A stretch of 62,637 bases of DNA, filler included, from Rhabdomonas costata (Eukaryota): assembly GCA_019059605.1 (NCBI GenBank). It is 23 parts of 23 records of this genome, joined end to end, with 100 filler letters (N's around TTAATTAATTAA, not from the genome) between each part and the next. Parts side by side here need not be neighbours in the genome. Positions count along the whole stretch, not along the records: positions 21,839 to 24,466 come from JAHMHO010002560.1; positions 24,567 to 27,193 come from JAHMHO010002561.1; positions 27,294 to 29,921 come from JAHMHO010002562.1; positions 30,022 to 32,651 come from JAHMHO010002563.1; positions 32,752 to 35,379 come from JAHMHO010002564.1; positions 35,480 to 38,106 come from JAHMHO010002565.1; 17 more parts are not named here. The stretch is one strand, 5' to 3'. Position numbers and translations under genes: made by a program. The notes under the pieces are model-generated. The model was not told the DNA's origin. It saw only the letters and a program-made list of their open reading frames with translations, and made no database searches. Each line of letters starts with the position of its first letter. The stretch's first letter is position 1. Of the stretch, positions 24,444 through 38,089 are shown piece after piece.

Positions 24444-25498
24444 CTAACGGCAAAAGGTCCAACACANNNNNNNNNNNNNNNNNNNNNNNNNNNNNNNNNN
24501 NNNNNNNNNNTTAATTAATTAANNNNNNNNNNNNNNNNNNNNNNNNNNNNNNNNNNNNNNNNNNNNTTAAATGACGAAGATGCAATCCCTTCCTTCCTCT
24601 GACCTTGAGACATTGCAAAAGGGTCCCACGTGCAAAGAATGACTTCACGTTCCCAGATAGTATCGCACTCCTGCAAAGGCATTTGGTGACCGCTGGGGTT
24701 CAAGGTGACACTTGGGGATGAGCATTGGCGGCGACGTTCTTCGTAGGTAACATTACTGGGGACGGTATGTGATTCATGTAAACATGTAAACGGGGAAATG
24801 CTGCAATTGTTGTTGTGGAAGGGTAATCATCCTGTCTGGGTGCACTCGTATGGAGCGGGAGTTAGAGCACTCCATCACTCCCATGAAGGCGTCCTATCTC
24901 TTGCAATGGTTGATTTACGATGGGATCCTGCTGTACGTTTTCCGTCTCTGGAACGATGGTTTGTCCATTGATGTCTGTTTTAACCATCCTTCCGTCCTTC
25001 GTGTTTGTTTCCACTCACGTGAACTGTTAGCAATGGCTGGGAACTGTGTGCGAGAAAAGTTCTCCAAAAATGTGTGTTTCCGAATTTTGAATGTTCTTTA
25101 CTCTATGTTGCAGTGGTGCCGTGACGCTGGCTTTCTGCTTTTGTGCTGATGGGAGTTTACCGTGAGGTTCAACAAACGAATGCATGAGGCTACTCGATTG
25201 CCTTGCAAACGAAGCATTTAGCTCGGGTTGATGCAGATGTTTCTCTCGCTTTTGGTAAGGACACGTAGTTATAAATCATGGCCGTGCTGCGACATATGAG
25301 CAACGGTGGTTGTGGGTGGGAAGGACTTCTCGAGGACGTGGCACTGCCTTCCACGTTTACGCATTGCTTGCACGACGGTTATATTCGCTGCGAGGGTGGG
25401 GGGTGCGCAGCTTTCGTGTCGTGTCCCCCAGCAGTCACTCTTCCCCGGAGCTTTGCATATATTCTCCCACACTCCCGCTGCCTTCTGTTGACCACCAC

Positions 25499-25612
25499 AT
25501 GGCCGAGGTCACCTGGTTGGATCACCTCAGCTTGGTCTTCCTGCTGGGCGTATATGCCGCCGCGGCGATGGCCTTCTACACCTTAGCAAAAGAGGTCGTC
25601 GCCGGGTTCTAG
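25499..25612 (+). CDS. Small single-pass membrane protein (37 aa to TAG)
   Basis: MAEVTWLDHLSLVFLLGVYAAAAMAFYTLAKEVVAGF; GC3-rich, one hydrophobic helix, pyrimidine-rich upstream and downstream sequence. Confidence 0.5.
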   Translation: MAEVTWLDHLSLVFLLGVYAAAAMAFYTLAKEVVAGF

Positions 25613-26841
25613 CCCAATTCCCCATTCGAGTCCTTCGGGAACACTTTCCAAGCGAGCTTCTAGTGACTGCACCTTACCCTCCCCATCCCACCGCTCGTGC
25701 TCTGTGCTAAAGAATTCTGTGTGCTTCTGCATTTGCGTGTGCGTCTCTCTTTTCATCTTTCAACTGCCCGTAGGGTTGTGATTTTTGCTCTTTCCCAGAG
25801 ATGGGGATGTGATGAACTGCTAGCCTCTACTTTATGCCTTGCCACTATGCTTGGCTTGACCCTCCGTTTTCCCACGTTGTTTTTGCGCCCTTTCTTGTGC
25901 ATCTGAGCGCAAGTGTGTGGTTTCTGGCTCCGTTACAGTGGAACCCCCGCTATGTGAAAGATGCTTGTTTGCACGTTTTCAGTTTCGAGCTGTTCACTCT
26001 TTAGCTGCAGGTGGAGGATTTCAGTTGCAGGGTTCAGATTTTTCAAATATGTATAATAAATAATAAAGACTTGTGCGGTGGTTCCGCCAATACGGACCGC
26101 GAAATATCTCTCCTCCAATGAGGTTATTCCATGGAATAAAAAATTTCCCTTCATGGGTTTCCTTCAGATAACATCTCTTCCTATTGGGCAATAAAAAGTC
26201 GGTCAAGGTCCCCAAAAACTTGTTTTTGCACTTGCCACCGTCCACCGAAAACAACAGTTTTGTCCTTAGTCAGCATCAATTTAAAGGTGCTGACCAAAAA
26301 TTCTCTTCTTGTGAGCACTGATCCGGTCTCCGTAGACTTCATATTACCAATTTGAGGCGGCTGGCACGCCTTTCAAAAAAATTAAGTCATTTTCTTTCAA
26401 CCAGTGTCCCCTCATTTGATATGTTTGCCGCACGTGAACGCCATCTGAATGAGGTATTACTGCCTGCTATTCACATGGTCGTCTTGATAACTGTGCCTCG
26501 GATGGGCTGCGGAGTTTGTCATGAAGACCAGGAGCCAGTTTTCACTCGTCTCCGCCGTCTTAAAAATTAAGAGCTGATGTAATCGATCCCAGGCAAAAGT
26601 TTTGTGCGCTGCATTTTATTTTGGGTTGGCCCGTTGGGCCCCTTGTCTGAGCATCTGGCTTAGTTGCCGCGATTTGGCGCTGGCTCGACTCCCCACAAAT
26701 GCGGCGGCGGCGGCGGGGTGTCTTCTGTTGGGCCGTGTTCTCTGCAGTAATCTTTCGTTCACCTTTGTTCTTTTCTCTATGCGCTCTGGAAATTGAAGGG
26801 CTTTTGGTGATCCCTTGTGCGTGTGTAACGATAACGACAAA

Positions 26842-27193
26842 ATGGGGATGAGCTCCGTGCTGTACACCTTTGGCAGTGGGGCGGTTGGCCAGGGCCTGGA
26901 GCTGCTCACCCTGGGTCACATCCTGGACCGGGTGAAGATCGAGCAGCAGAGCCGGCCCTCCCTGCCCTCTTCCTTGCCCGGGGCACTGCGGGAAATCCTT
27001 GCCCGCGGAGGGCCCCGCGAGCTGTACCGGGGTCTGCGGTGGAACCTCGGCCAGAGCTGCCTGCGCTCCGCCACGCGGTGGGTAATCAACAACTCCTGCT
27101 TCGAGGCCTGTGAGGGAGCTCTCCCCGCCTCCTTCAAGGCCAGTCACCCCTCTGCATTCTCGGCCACCGTGGGCGTGCTGGCCGCGCTGGTGG
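26842..27193 (+). CDS. Mitochondrial carrier family (SLC25) protein, first repeat, partial
   Basis: GAVGQGLELLTLGHILDRVKIEQQ ... EILARGGPRELYRGLRWNL fits a carrier repeat (Px[DE]xx[KR] ... G..LYRG). Confidence 0.82.
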
Positions 27194-28417
27194 NNNNNNN
27201 NNNNNNNNNNNNNNNNNNNNNNNNNNNNNNNNNNNNNTTAATTAATTAANNNNNNNNNNNNNNNNNNNNNNNNNNNNNNNNNNNNNNNNNNNNTAAGTCG
27301 CGCTTCAGCTGCAGAATGCCTGCGGCTGCTGAAGAAATAAGACAGCCTTACAGAGGGACCTACTGCCGCCACCTTCACCTTTGCTGGTCTGCATATCGGA
27401 CATAGTGGCTCTCATTCCCGCTTTCCTGCATTCTCCATCCCTCCAAGGTCATTTCTTCCGTGTTCCGTGTTCCGTGTTCAATTTGTGTGTCTTCGGTGTC
27501 TTCCGCCGCCGCGCAGTTGTTCCGTTTCCTCATTGCCTTCTCTTCTCGTTCTATTCACTTCCATTTTTCCGATTCTCCTCTCTTGTTTCTTCGACGTTTT
27601 TTACTCTCTGGTTGACTGCTAGATGCCCCCTCTTCACTTTCCCGCTTCAGCACTTCCCCGACCAGCAAACTGTGCGCTTTTTTTCATTCAACGCAGACCA
27701 TACGTTTCTTCTTTGTAAATTGTTTGCTTTCTGGCGAACCCCACCCGTTGCAAAATTCTGCGCCTGTTCCGCAGTGCGCAGTGCCGGGACACTTCCCCCG
27801 AAAGGGTGGTTTCTTTTTGGGTGGCATCTAATTAAAAATTACATGTAATTTTTTCAAAATCTTATACTTCATTGGACAACGTCTTATATATAATTCCGGT
27901 TAGCGTCATTTACTTTTCGTTCTTTCGCAGTAAATATTTCCTTAACGTCCAGCTTCTGAACAATGCCGCCCTGAACTCCATCCAGACTAAAAAGCATTCC
28001 ACAGCCAGCTTGAAGGTGATTTCAACAAGAAAGAACAAGGAAAGGGGAGCGCACAGTTTACAAGGATGTGGCGATGAAGGGCCCTGAGACTCACGGGGCA
28101 GGCTCGCAAGACCCGTAAATATCCGTAGCCGAACGAACGTGCTCCGCCGGTTTCCCATTTCTGTTCACCCTTACGCACGAAGGCACGAAGGCAGGAATAA
28201 CGTGCTGCAACGATGTCTCCTTATAATGTCCCATAATAGCCCAGATCCCGGTCCAAAACAGCCAGAGTGAGACCTTTAAATCGATCCATTGTGGTGAAAA
28301 ACACAACAGCCTGAATAGGGAAGTAGGGGAGTAGCGTGGGGGGCTCTGCTCTCACCCCTCCCCGCATGTTCACCGCCTTCAGCTTGTATCGCTCTCTAAC
28401 CCCCTTCAAGTCTTTTC

Positions 28418-29801
<1,384 letters not shown>

Positions 29802-30337
29802 TGAGAGAGGGGAGGGTGCTCTGATGGAAGTATGAATAATTGGAGGTGCCCTTGATCCCTGGGGAGCCTTGTGTTGCTCCAGGAGTACTGCCATATAAGC
29901 CAGGCTGAGCAGGGCGAGGGGNNNNNNNNNNNNNNNNNNNNNNNNNNNNNNNNNNNNNNNNNNNNTTAATTAATTAANNNNNNNNNNNNNNNNNNNNNNN
30001 NNNNNNNNNNNNNNNNNNNNNGGTTTTGGGGAGTTTTGCAGGGGAAAAACCGGTGTTTGGTGTGCACCACATTGCTCACAATCCTACTTTTTGAGTTCGC
30101 CAAATAAAAGTGTCGACCGCGATATTAGCCGCCACCCCCAAAGTGCCTGCATTTTAGATGCGTCAAGGGGATGCGGATACACTACACAGTGGTTATGGTG
30201 CAAGTTCTGGTGCTTCTAGGTTCCTCCCGTGAAGAAGTGTGTGTGCGTGTGGGGGGTGCCGTCATCAGCGGTGCCCGTTCAAAGCATAACAATACGATTA
30301 GGACGATGCAGGCTTCCCTTGCATCGAGCAGAAGAAC

Positions 30338-32091
30338 CCGCAGAGGGATACGTGGCGATACAAATATCACCTGGAATAGAAGGTTTAGCAGGTGGTGTGC
30401 ACGCATTCCCTTGATTTTATAGCGCTTCGCTCCGCAGCACAACATCCAAGGTGTTTGCCACAAGGGTAACACTGGTGTCGCCCTAAAGTTTTTTTTTGGA
30501 CGGGCACCACTGGTGACGGCGACGAACCCCCACCCCACAACTCCACAAAGCCCTTCTGGTTGGAAGTGACCTCACTTCCACAGCCCGTCAGAGACCAGGT
30601 GTGGGGTAGGTAGGTATGTGAATGGGCTCGGTGTCTGAAGAAACCCAGCTCAGTTTTCGAGAAGGGGCACACCCACAGAGACATACCGGAAGACCATCTC
30701 CTGCCTCTGCCCGCGAAGCTGACTCTCCGACAGCCCGCGGATGTCCGCTGTGGTGCGTGGGGTGCGGTCCCAGTTCATCCAGCGCGCCGCGGGGACTCGG
30801 TTCTGGATTTCCTGCCGGCGCTCATCATACTGCTCCTGGTTGAACCAGCCCTGTGAGGAATACGCGGCAGGAGGAGGTCATGGGGTGTGGCAGCGGGGCT
30901 GAACGTCACTAGACAACACAGGTGGTCCAGGCATCTGGTAGCAGTCAAAGGCGGGATACGAGGCGGTTGACCTCCTTTGGCTTCGGAAGGGGGGGGGGCG
31001 ATCCTGCACCTGCCCTCTTGCTCTTCCACAGCGCCAGTGGTCGGAGGCGAGAGAGTGAGAAGGACACAGGGGTGGAGAATTTTCTGAAGCTGAAGATAGC
31101 GGGTTGACATCCAATCCGATCCAGTACTGACCTAGGTTACGGCAGAAGCGGCCCGTCACCACGATCGAGAGGAGGGGGCTGGAATTGCCATGGGCAACAG
31201 AAAAAGGACGAAACCCCCTATTAGTCAAACTAAACTATGGTCCACACATAAACTGGCGCTGGGGCATTATGGGGACCTATCAGGTGCATTTTTACGGACA
31301 CTACAGAATGCACGTCTCGGCCACTATACGGACATGACAAAACACCTCGCAACCGGTAAGCGATGCACGCACCTGCTGCGACAAAATAGGAGGTCTTGCA
31401 GGGTTGTAGGGGGTAAGACGGCGATTCACGTGTCCAATAGCACAAGAAAAAGTTCTCGCAGAGGGTTAGAGGGACCGATGCACGTGCCTCTATATGGATA
31501 AGTGTGTGGGTTGGGGTGTAGCCAATGCATCCATACGTTGGGTCCGTAAATTGCACCCAAAATGGGGGGGGGGAGGTCCCACAATGCCCGTACGCCAATG
31601 ATTTTAATTTGTTTGTTGCCTAACTGGTAAGGCAAATACAGAGAGACAGAGGCGGTTTAACAGTTATACTCAACGTGATGAACACTGCAGACGCAAAGGA
31701 AAAAACCACGCATATTCGTAATTCACCCGGAGTCACACTCCCCCGATAAAAACATCTTAAGCCATAGTCACAGGGTGCCCTTCTTCACCCAATTTTCGAA
31801 AACTCGCGTAGACGGCAGATGGGGATGGCAGGGGAAAAGGTAAGCTCGCACACGCTGACCTGTTCCTTGCACAGGCGGAGGTTCTGCAGCTCCGCCTCGA
31901 CCTGCTCCTGCACGCCCCCGGGCTTGCGGCGGTTGACCTCGAAGGTGTACACCAAGTCGCTCTGCTCCGTGCCGAACGTGATGACGTCGCCGTCGTGCAG
32001 CGCCACGGGGACGTCCGGAGGGATGGGGGTGTGGTTGACGATCACCCCGTTGGTGCTGTGGTGGTCGATGATCATCCATCCCCCAGGGGTG
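30338..32091 (-). CDS. FHA-domain protein with SHOCT-like segment and possible sulfotransferase start (partial)
   Basis: Exon 32091-31860 WMIIDHHSTNGVIVN..LHDGDVITFG (FHA). Joined to 30850-~30673 it gives LQNLRLCKEQGWFNQEQYDERRQEI (SHOCT-like). Exon 30370-30338 GDICIATYPSAG. Confidence 0.78.
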
Positions 32092-33689
32092 CTGCGGGCA
32101 CACATACACCCCCACACACGCACTTCGTTCACGTGGCAAGAATGGATAATTCGGAGGACGGTCCGAGGACCAATTTTGGGCTCCAGTTCTCGATGGGGCA
32201 CGAATTCAAATGTCTCTTTTATCGATCCACTCTTCTGTGCCTCAATGGGCCAAAACTTGCTCTCCGGAGAGGTTCGCTGGCAACTCGCAATGCCTGGTCC
32301 ACCAGCACGGCGCACCCGTGCCTCAACATAGGCCCTAATGTGGCAAGCCCACACAAAGGGAAGCCCTCCACCCTAAACCCGTCCACCCCTGTACCTCGAA
32401 GGGCCACGCAACTCTCTTGAGTCGCTGTAGAGTTTTCCCCACGCAACCAATGGCTCACCGTTTAAGCCGAGCGCGGGTGCACACACATTACTTTCAGCAC
32501 TGACCGGTGAGAAAGATACACATTGGGGAGACGTTACGTCATCGCTCACGGATCGAATCTCCCCTTTTTCGGGTTGAAGGACGCCCAAGCCCCAAACTGA
32601 CAAACTGAAGCACAGCTGCAACCCTCTGCACTAACTATTCTTCTCGCGGCGNNNNNNNNNNNNNNNNNNNNNNNNNNNNNNNNNNNNNNNNNNNNTTAAT
32701 TAATTAANNNNNNNNNNNNNNNNNNNNNNNNNNNNNNNNNNNNNNNNNNNNGGTTGTTGGGTGAAGAATGCACAGCTCTTTCAGAAGCTTGGTATAGTTA
32801 GGGCCTTTCCAGCGGACAAGCTGGCCGCAAGTATCAACATTCTCGCCACCAATTTGATCTTTTCGTCCGCCCCAAGTGCCAATCTGGAAAATCTGATGGC
32901 TTTCGATTCACCGCGATATTTGGCGGTACGAATCCGTTCGATGAATGGAGGTCAAAACAATAATGACGATGGCGAATACCACTGGTAAAAACGGGGGACA
33001 TTTGGGGGGAGATTTCCCGCAACAAAGGTTTCAGCCAAAACAGCGAAGGGCACATGTAGTGCGCAACGTCTGGTCCTATGAGCCATCTCCTGACATATTT
33101 TCACTTACTTCAGCTTCTTCTTGATAAGCAACCTGTTGTTGCGGCCACATGCTTTGTTGCGGCAGTTTTGGGCTCGGGGATGCAACCGGTTGTAGCATCA
33201 AATAGCAATAGAATACGATGGTAGAACGTCAAAAACAGACACTAAACAATGGCCAATGAGAAAAATAACATACTTGCGGCAAACCATCTTGTCGCAGTTG
33301 CACTTTCGCGCCAACACCTAAAGAGTTACAAAGGCGACCGAAAGGATGGTATTACACACTTGCAAACAAAGAACACGCGAGGACGAAAAGGAGGGTGTCA
33401 AGAGAAGTGCGTGAGCGATGAATGAAATAATGGGGATGGAAATAAACCACCGGAATGTGAGGGCTGGGGACATAACATTGGAAATATTATGGGGTCGCAT
33501 GGGTAGTAGGATACAAAAGAGGACCTTGAATGTGAGCAAAAGAGAGAAAGTGGACAAACCTGAAGAGTCGGCTCCATCACCACACCTCCATGCGCTCGCA
33601 GCACAAAAACAGCGCGGAACAAGCAGATACAGACGAATAACTTAAAGTGGAGTCTTCAAACAGCTCCTTGCCTGTGAAAAAATGCAATT

Positions 33690-34290
33690 CACTCATTGCA
33701 ACAAAAAACAGTCCAACAGACTGGTTGGGCGCCTGACAAAATGTTGACACTATATGTTGTCCTGAATCTAAAGGGGTCCACCCGGCGGAGAAACCCAGAT
33801 GAATAAGGCTACCAAAACAAGCATATAAAAGAGCCAAAGAAAGACTTAGTGTTTCTCCAGAAAGACTGAGCCAGCATCTTATTTACGCATGTTGTAAGAG
33901 GATGTACGCACAACAGCTGGGAGCAATGCTGAATGATACGAAGGGGGTGTTAATACATGGGACAAAGAGATGAGGCGCTAAGCGGATAAAGAGGAAATAA
34001 CACTGGGAGAATGAGTACCGTACATCTGCGGCATTTCCAAGTCCAATAAAAAGCGCTGGCGCCCAATTGTTGGTGTCTGTTTATGAGCAGAAGCCGGAGA
34101 AAACAAGCGGAAGCACAAAGATAAGCCAAAACAGCCGTTGGCAGAATCACAGATGGTGTTGACAGAGATCTTGCAAACAGCGCTTGCCTCGCAAAGGCAA
34201 ACAGACTAGCTCAGACTAATCTAAACGGGCAAGCGGGCCTACTGGATAGTGGAGAGCTTCCAGGAGTTTTTTGGTTGGATCCGACCGCAG
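33690..34290 (+). mobile_element. Degenerate Penelope-like retroelement (DKG region and start of RT)
   Basis: Homologous to 16440-16640 (-). Continues VPYICGISKSNKKRWRPIVG (cf. PLE P.lYglPKiHK...RPIvs) and LTEILQTAL...GKRAYWIVESFQEF, with stops and frameshifts. Confidence 0.65.
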
Positions 34291-34739
34291 ATACAGAAAT
34301 TTTCATGAAAGCCATTCAGAGCCGAGATGAATGCAGGTAAGCGCTGGAAGAGAGAAGCTGCGCGACCGGGAGGCCCGGGACCCGTGGGGCAGAATGGAGT
34401 TTCCAGATGTGGAAAGTTCGGCGGTGAGCCGTTTTCGGTTCCCCACGGCACCGTTCGCTACAATGGCACCTATTACGAGGACCAGTGGCAAACAGCGCGT
34501 GCGCCAGTCAGTCCACAGTGATCACCAACAACCAGTCAACCACACACCAGGAAACATCCAGCGCGCAATGCCACCAACACACAACACACACATGGTGCCA
34601 TGTAGCGGTGTGCTGCGTAGTGTCCCTGTTCTTTAAGTTCTGCCAAAATGTTTTGTTGTTGTTGGCGTTGACAGTGCTTCTGTCAGTGCTGAACACCATG
34701 TTGTGCGTTGGTTTGATGGCGTTGGTCGTGCCGGCGTCG

Positions 34740-34878
34740 CACGGAGTCGCACTAGATGATGGTGGACAATCTCGATGAGTGGAACGCGGGTTGGAGTCCG
34801 ACGTTCCTAGAGCTGTGTGGTGGCAAGGTCCATCTCAATAACTGGATCTCCATGGTCAGATTCAGCGTCCGAATCCAC
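34740..34878 (-). pseudogene. Exon-like segment resembling NOPCHAP1/C12orf45-type acidic proteins, with in-frame TAG
   Basis: gacgcag|VDSDAESDHGDPVIEMDLATTQL*ERRTPTRVPLIEIV; rests on the short IEMDL and PLIE motifs only. Confidence 0.3.
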
Positions 34879-35515
34879 CTGCGTCGGAAATTTTTTGTCT
34901 TTGTGGTTTTCGCCAGAGTTTTTGGGATGAGAATGCACCTGCAGCAGGCCATGGACGGATGGCATCTAAAAGCTTCAGGATGTGTGGTGAAGAATATTGT
35001 TTGTATGTACGCGGTTCGTTTCCACCACTACAAAAAAGAAGGAACACCGCATTCTCCTTGCAGTAGAATGCACAAAATGCATCAAAAGGCGCGTAGTGAC
35101 CGTACCAATCCACACTGAGTGGTGGGTGGTAAGTGTGGATAGTGTCTGCGGTAGAGCACCAAGAATACACGGATTGTGAAAGGCAATGATAACCGAAGAG
35201 TGCAGGACAATGTCGCCACTGCCCGTGAGAAAGAAAGACCAGCCGAATAAAGATACACACGAACGAATACTCCGTTAATGAGGGTTCTAAACGCCACCAA
35301 GAGGTGGTAAGCTCTCACGGGTGCTTGTTTTTTTACGCGTTTGGCAGCCCCGACCAACACACCCAACCACACCCAACACNNNNNNNNNNNNNNNNNNNNN
35401 NNNNNNNNNNNNNNNNNNNNNNNTTAATTAATTAANNNNNNNNNNNNNNNNNNNNNNNNNNNNNNNNNNNNNNNNNNNNGTTGGGGGGGGGGGTGGATTA
35501 GTGCATTGAAAATAC

Positions 35516-38089
35516 CGCAGGCGCAGCCCCGCAGTGCCCGAAGCCAGCACGTGAGGGGGTATGTCATGCACATCACAGGCCACCCGTAGATAGCCATGTA
35601 ATAGTGCGAGAAGTGCGCCAGGGTGGCCACCACACTCTCCGGCACCACCGCGGCAGCCCCACTGCTACTACTTCGGGGCACTGCAGAATTTACCAAAACA
35701 TCAACACTGGCCACGCTGACCAAAATGGGGTGAACTACCACAGTGAGCACGGCAGGAGCCAGCGGAAAGCGATTCTGAACTTTTCTTCTCATTACAAGTA
35801 TGATGAACGTTGAACTGCACAGAAGACAGAGACGGTCCGCCACCATCTATTCAAAGGTATACCCGAGAAGGTATGCAGGACCGAAGTGTGGGCCATGCTG
35901 GTTGGAGTGGACGGATTGGTGGGTATTGTTGAGTCCTCTCAGCATGCTCATCCTTTTCTTTCAAACTCCACCCACCTCGGAGCCTCAGCGTGGTACAACG
36001 GTTTTTCATCCGAGCAATTCTTTGTGTCTCAATCACCTTGCATTTTGCTTGTGAAGGTACAAAACACCGCTGGTTTTTGGGGGGCAAAGAAAAGGCGGGG
36101 GCACCCACCGCGGGCAATCTTCTCCGCCGCGTTGAGGCAGATCGTGCCCACTACCAGGTCCGAGGGCACCAGGTCCAGCCCGTGGAACGCAAAAGAAAGC
36201 CACTCCGATAGGTCCGCCAGAATGGGTGCCGCATCTGCGCCCAGCACCAGAAATAAATCAACCACTTGTTGTTGATATCTTGAATCCTAGCTGCCACCTC
36301 GTCCCCATCCTTGCCAAGCTTTTGCCGATTTTTTTTTTGGCTCCTTCCAGGACTTCAGAGCTGAACCCTACACCAAAGGTGCAGGGCTTTGCCATTGCTC
36401 AAATTAAGCTGGGTTCTTGCACCACGCACCCGAAGAGAAAGAAGCCCAAAACAAACACCAAGGCGCTCCCACACATCATAGCGATGAAAGCTCTGGGTGG
36501 GCGGTTGGTGACACAAACTTTGGAGGCGAAACCTTTATTGCACTGCAGCGAGCAGCACAGCACCCGAAGCCTCCTGCGCCAGGTCTTGGAGTAGTCCAGA
36601 CTGTGGTCCCCCGCAACATCGTAGGTCACAATCTGCGCGGTGACAGAATGTACCCATTGGCGCGGCAAACGTCACCGCATAGTAAATAACTCACAGCCAG
36701 AAGGCCATCTATCGTGCGCAGGGATGTACACTTAATACACTATGCAAAGGTGAAGAGTCGCTCGCCCCCACCCCACAATCTTTCTTTACACTTCGATGGG
36801 TCTTGCTGGTTGTGGTCATCCATTCAATATTGTCACAGGATTGACCAGTGCAACCAACAAAAGTATGCCAACAGTGTTCATCGCGAGGGGGCGAGTGACG
36901 TGACTGCCAGGCAGAATGCATCATTTTTATCAGAATGCGTCGATGTTAAACGCGAATGAACACTGCTCACCAACACCGCAACACTAGCGCGACCTTGCCG
37001 ACCGCCGCATCTTCACCCCGCAACTGCCCCACACCTTACCCACGACCCCTTGTGAAAAACCACCACCATCACAACATACCATGACCACAGCCTGTGAGGC
37101 CAGGAAGGCCCAGCTTAGCCCCACCACAGCGATCAAGGGGGTTTCAAACCCCGGGCAGTGTGACGGGGCGTTCACCATCCCCCACGTCGCCACCGAGGCC
37201 ATCACGAGCTCCACCACGGACAGACCCAGCCCGAGGTACAATAGTGGCGAGACCCACCGGCGAGCGTTGGAGTCCAGCGGGGTTCCTACATGTCGGGAGT
37301 GTGGGATGGGACATGGTTCCCTGACTCCCTGTCCCAAGACAGGCACCACAAGATCAAGTCATGATACCCAAAATGTCATAAGCAAAAGTGAGTCATGGGT
37401 CGCGTCCGCTTGGGATGGCCACCGGACTAGTTGTCGATTTTCGAACACACAACAGCCACCTTCAACGCCCAAGTGGGGGTAAGTAGCTACGCACGTATGA
37501 GGGAAGGGTGTGGCGGGAACCCCTTGTCGCGAAGCACGGAAATAATTCGTTCCTGGGTAGTGGATCACATCAGTATTCACTTGTATCCTACACGGGCAGG
37601 CGGCATAGTAAGATAAACTCCCTTTCTGGATAGACGTCGGTGACGTGGCTTGCACCTCAGCCACATGGCCAAAGAGGGCAGAAGAACCAAAGCTTTGGGA
37701 AGCCATTAGGAGTGCGTCGCCGTTTCTAAATATGTGTGGGAAGGAGGGGCATCGCACGGAATGAGGTCATCGGAAGATTGCATGGTTGCATGATTGCATG
37801 TTTTTTGTCGTGCGTCCAGTGCGCGGTTCCCTTCGGTACCTGATAACTTCAGCGCACGCTTTTTGTAAGGCAAACAAGTAACGTTGCATTGCTCTACAAA
37901 GTTGCAAGCGGGGACCACAAGGAGGGGAGTACCTCGCGCGGCAGAGGCGGCCAAGCAGAACCCCACCACGCCGTACATCCCGTGGACGATGGCCCCAGAA
38001 ATCACACCCACGAAAACAGGGGTAGCGTGCAAAAACTCGCAGGTCTGGCCCTGCCCGTCACACAACCCGAGTGACATTGGCAGAGGAGA
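35516..38089 (-). CDS. sn1-diacylglycerol lipase (DAGL alpha/beta-like), N-terminal TM region, partial
   Basis: Exons 38089-37933, 37285-37080, 36632-36533, 36234-36109, 35680-35516 in phase: AARGTPLDSNARRWVSPLLY, YDVAG..WRRRLRVLCC, FHGLDLVPSDLVVG, AIYGWP. Confidence 0.87.

Noticed and set aside
35350-35379. AC-rich contig ends and GT-rich contig starts as telomeric repeats
   Set aside because: No consistent repeat unit; more likely low-quality read tails or microsatellite break points.
36234-36250. Non-AG acceptor in the DAGL gene
   Set aside because: A canonical gcgcAG acceptor at 36235 gives the correct phase.
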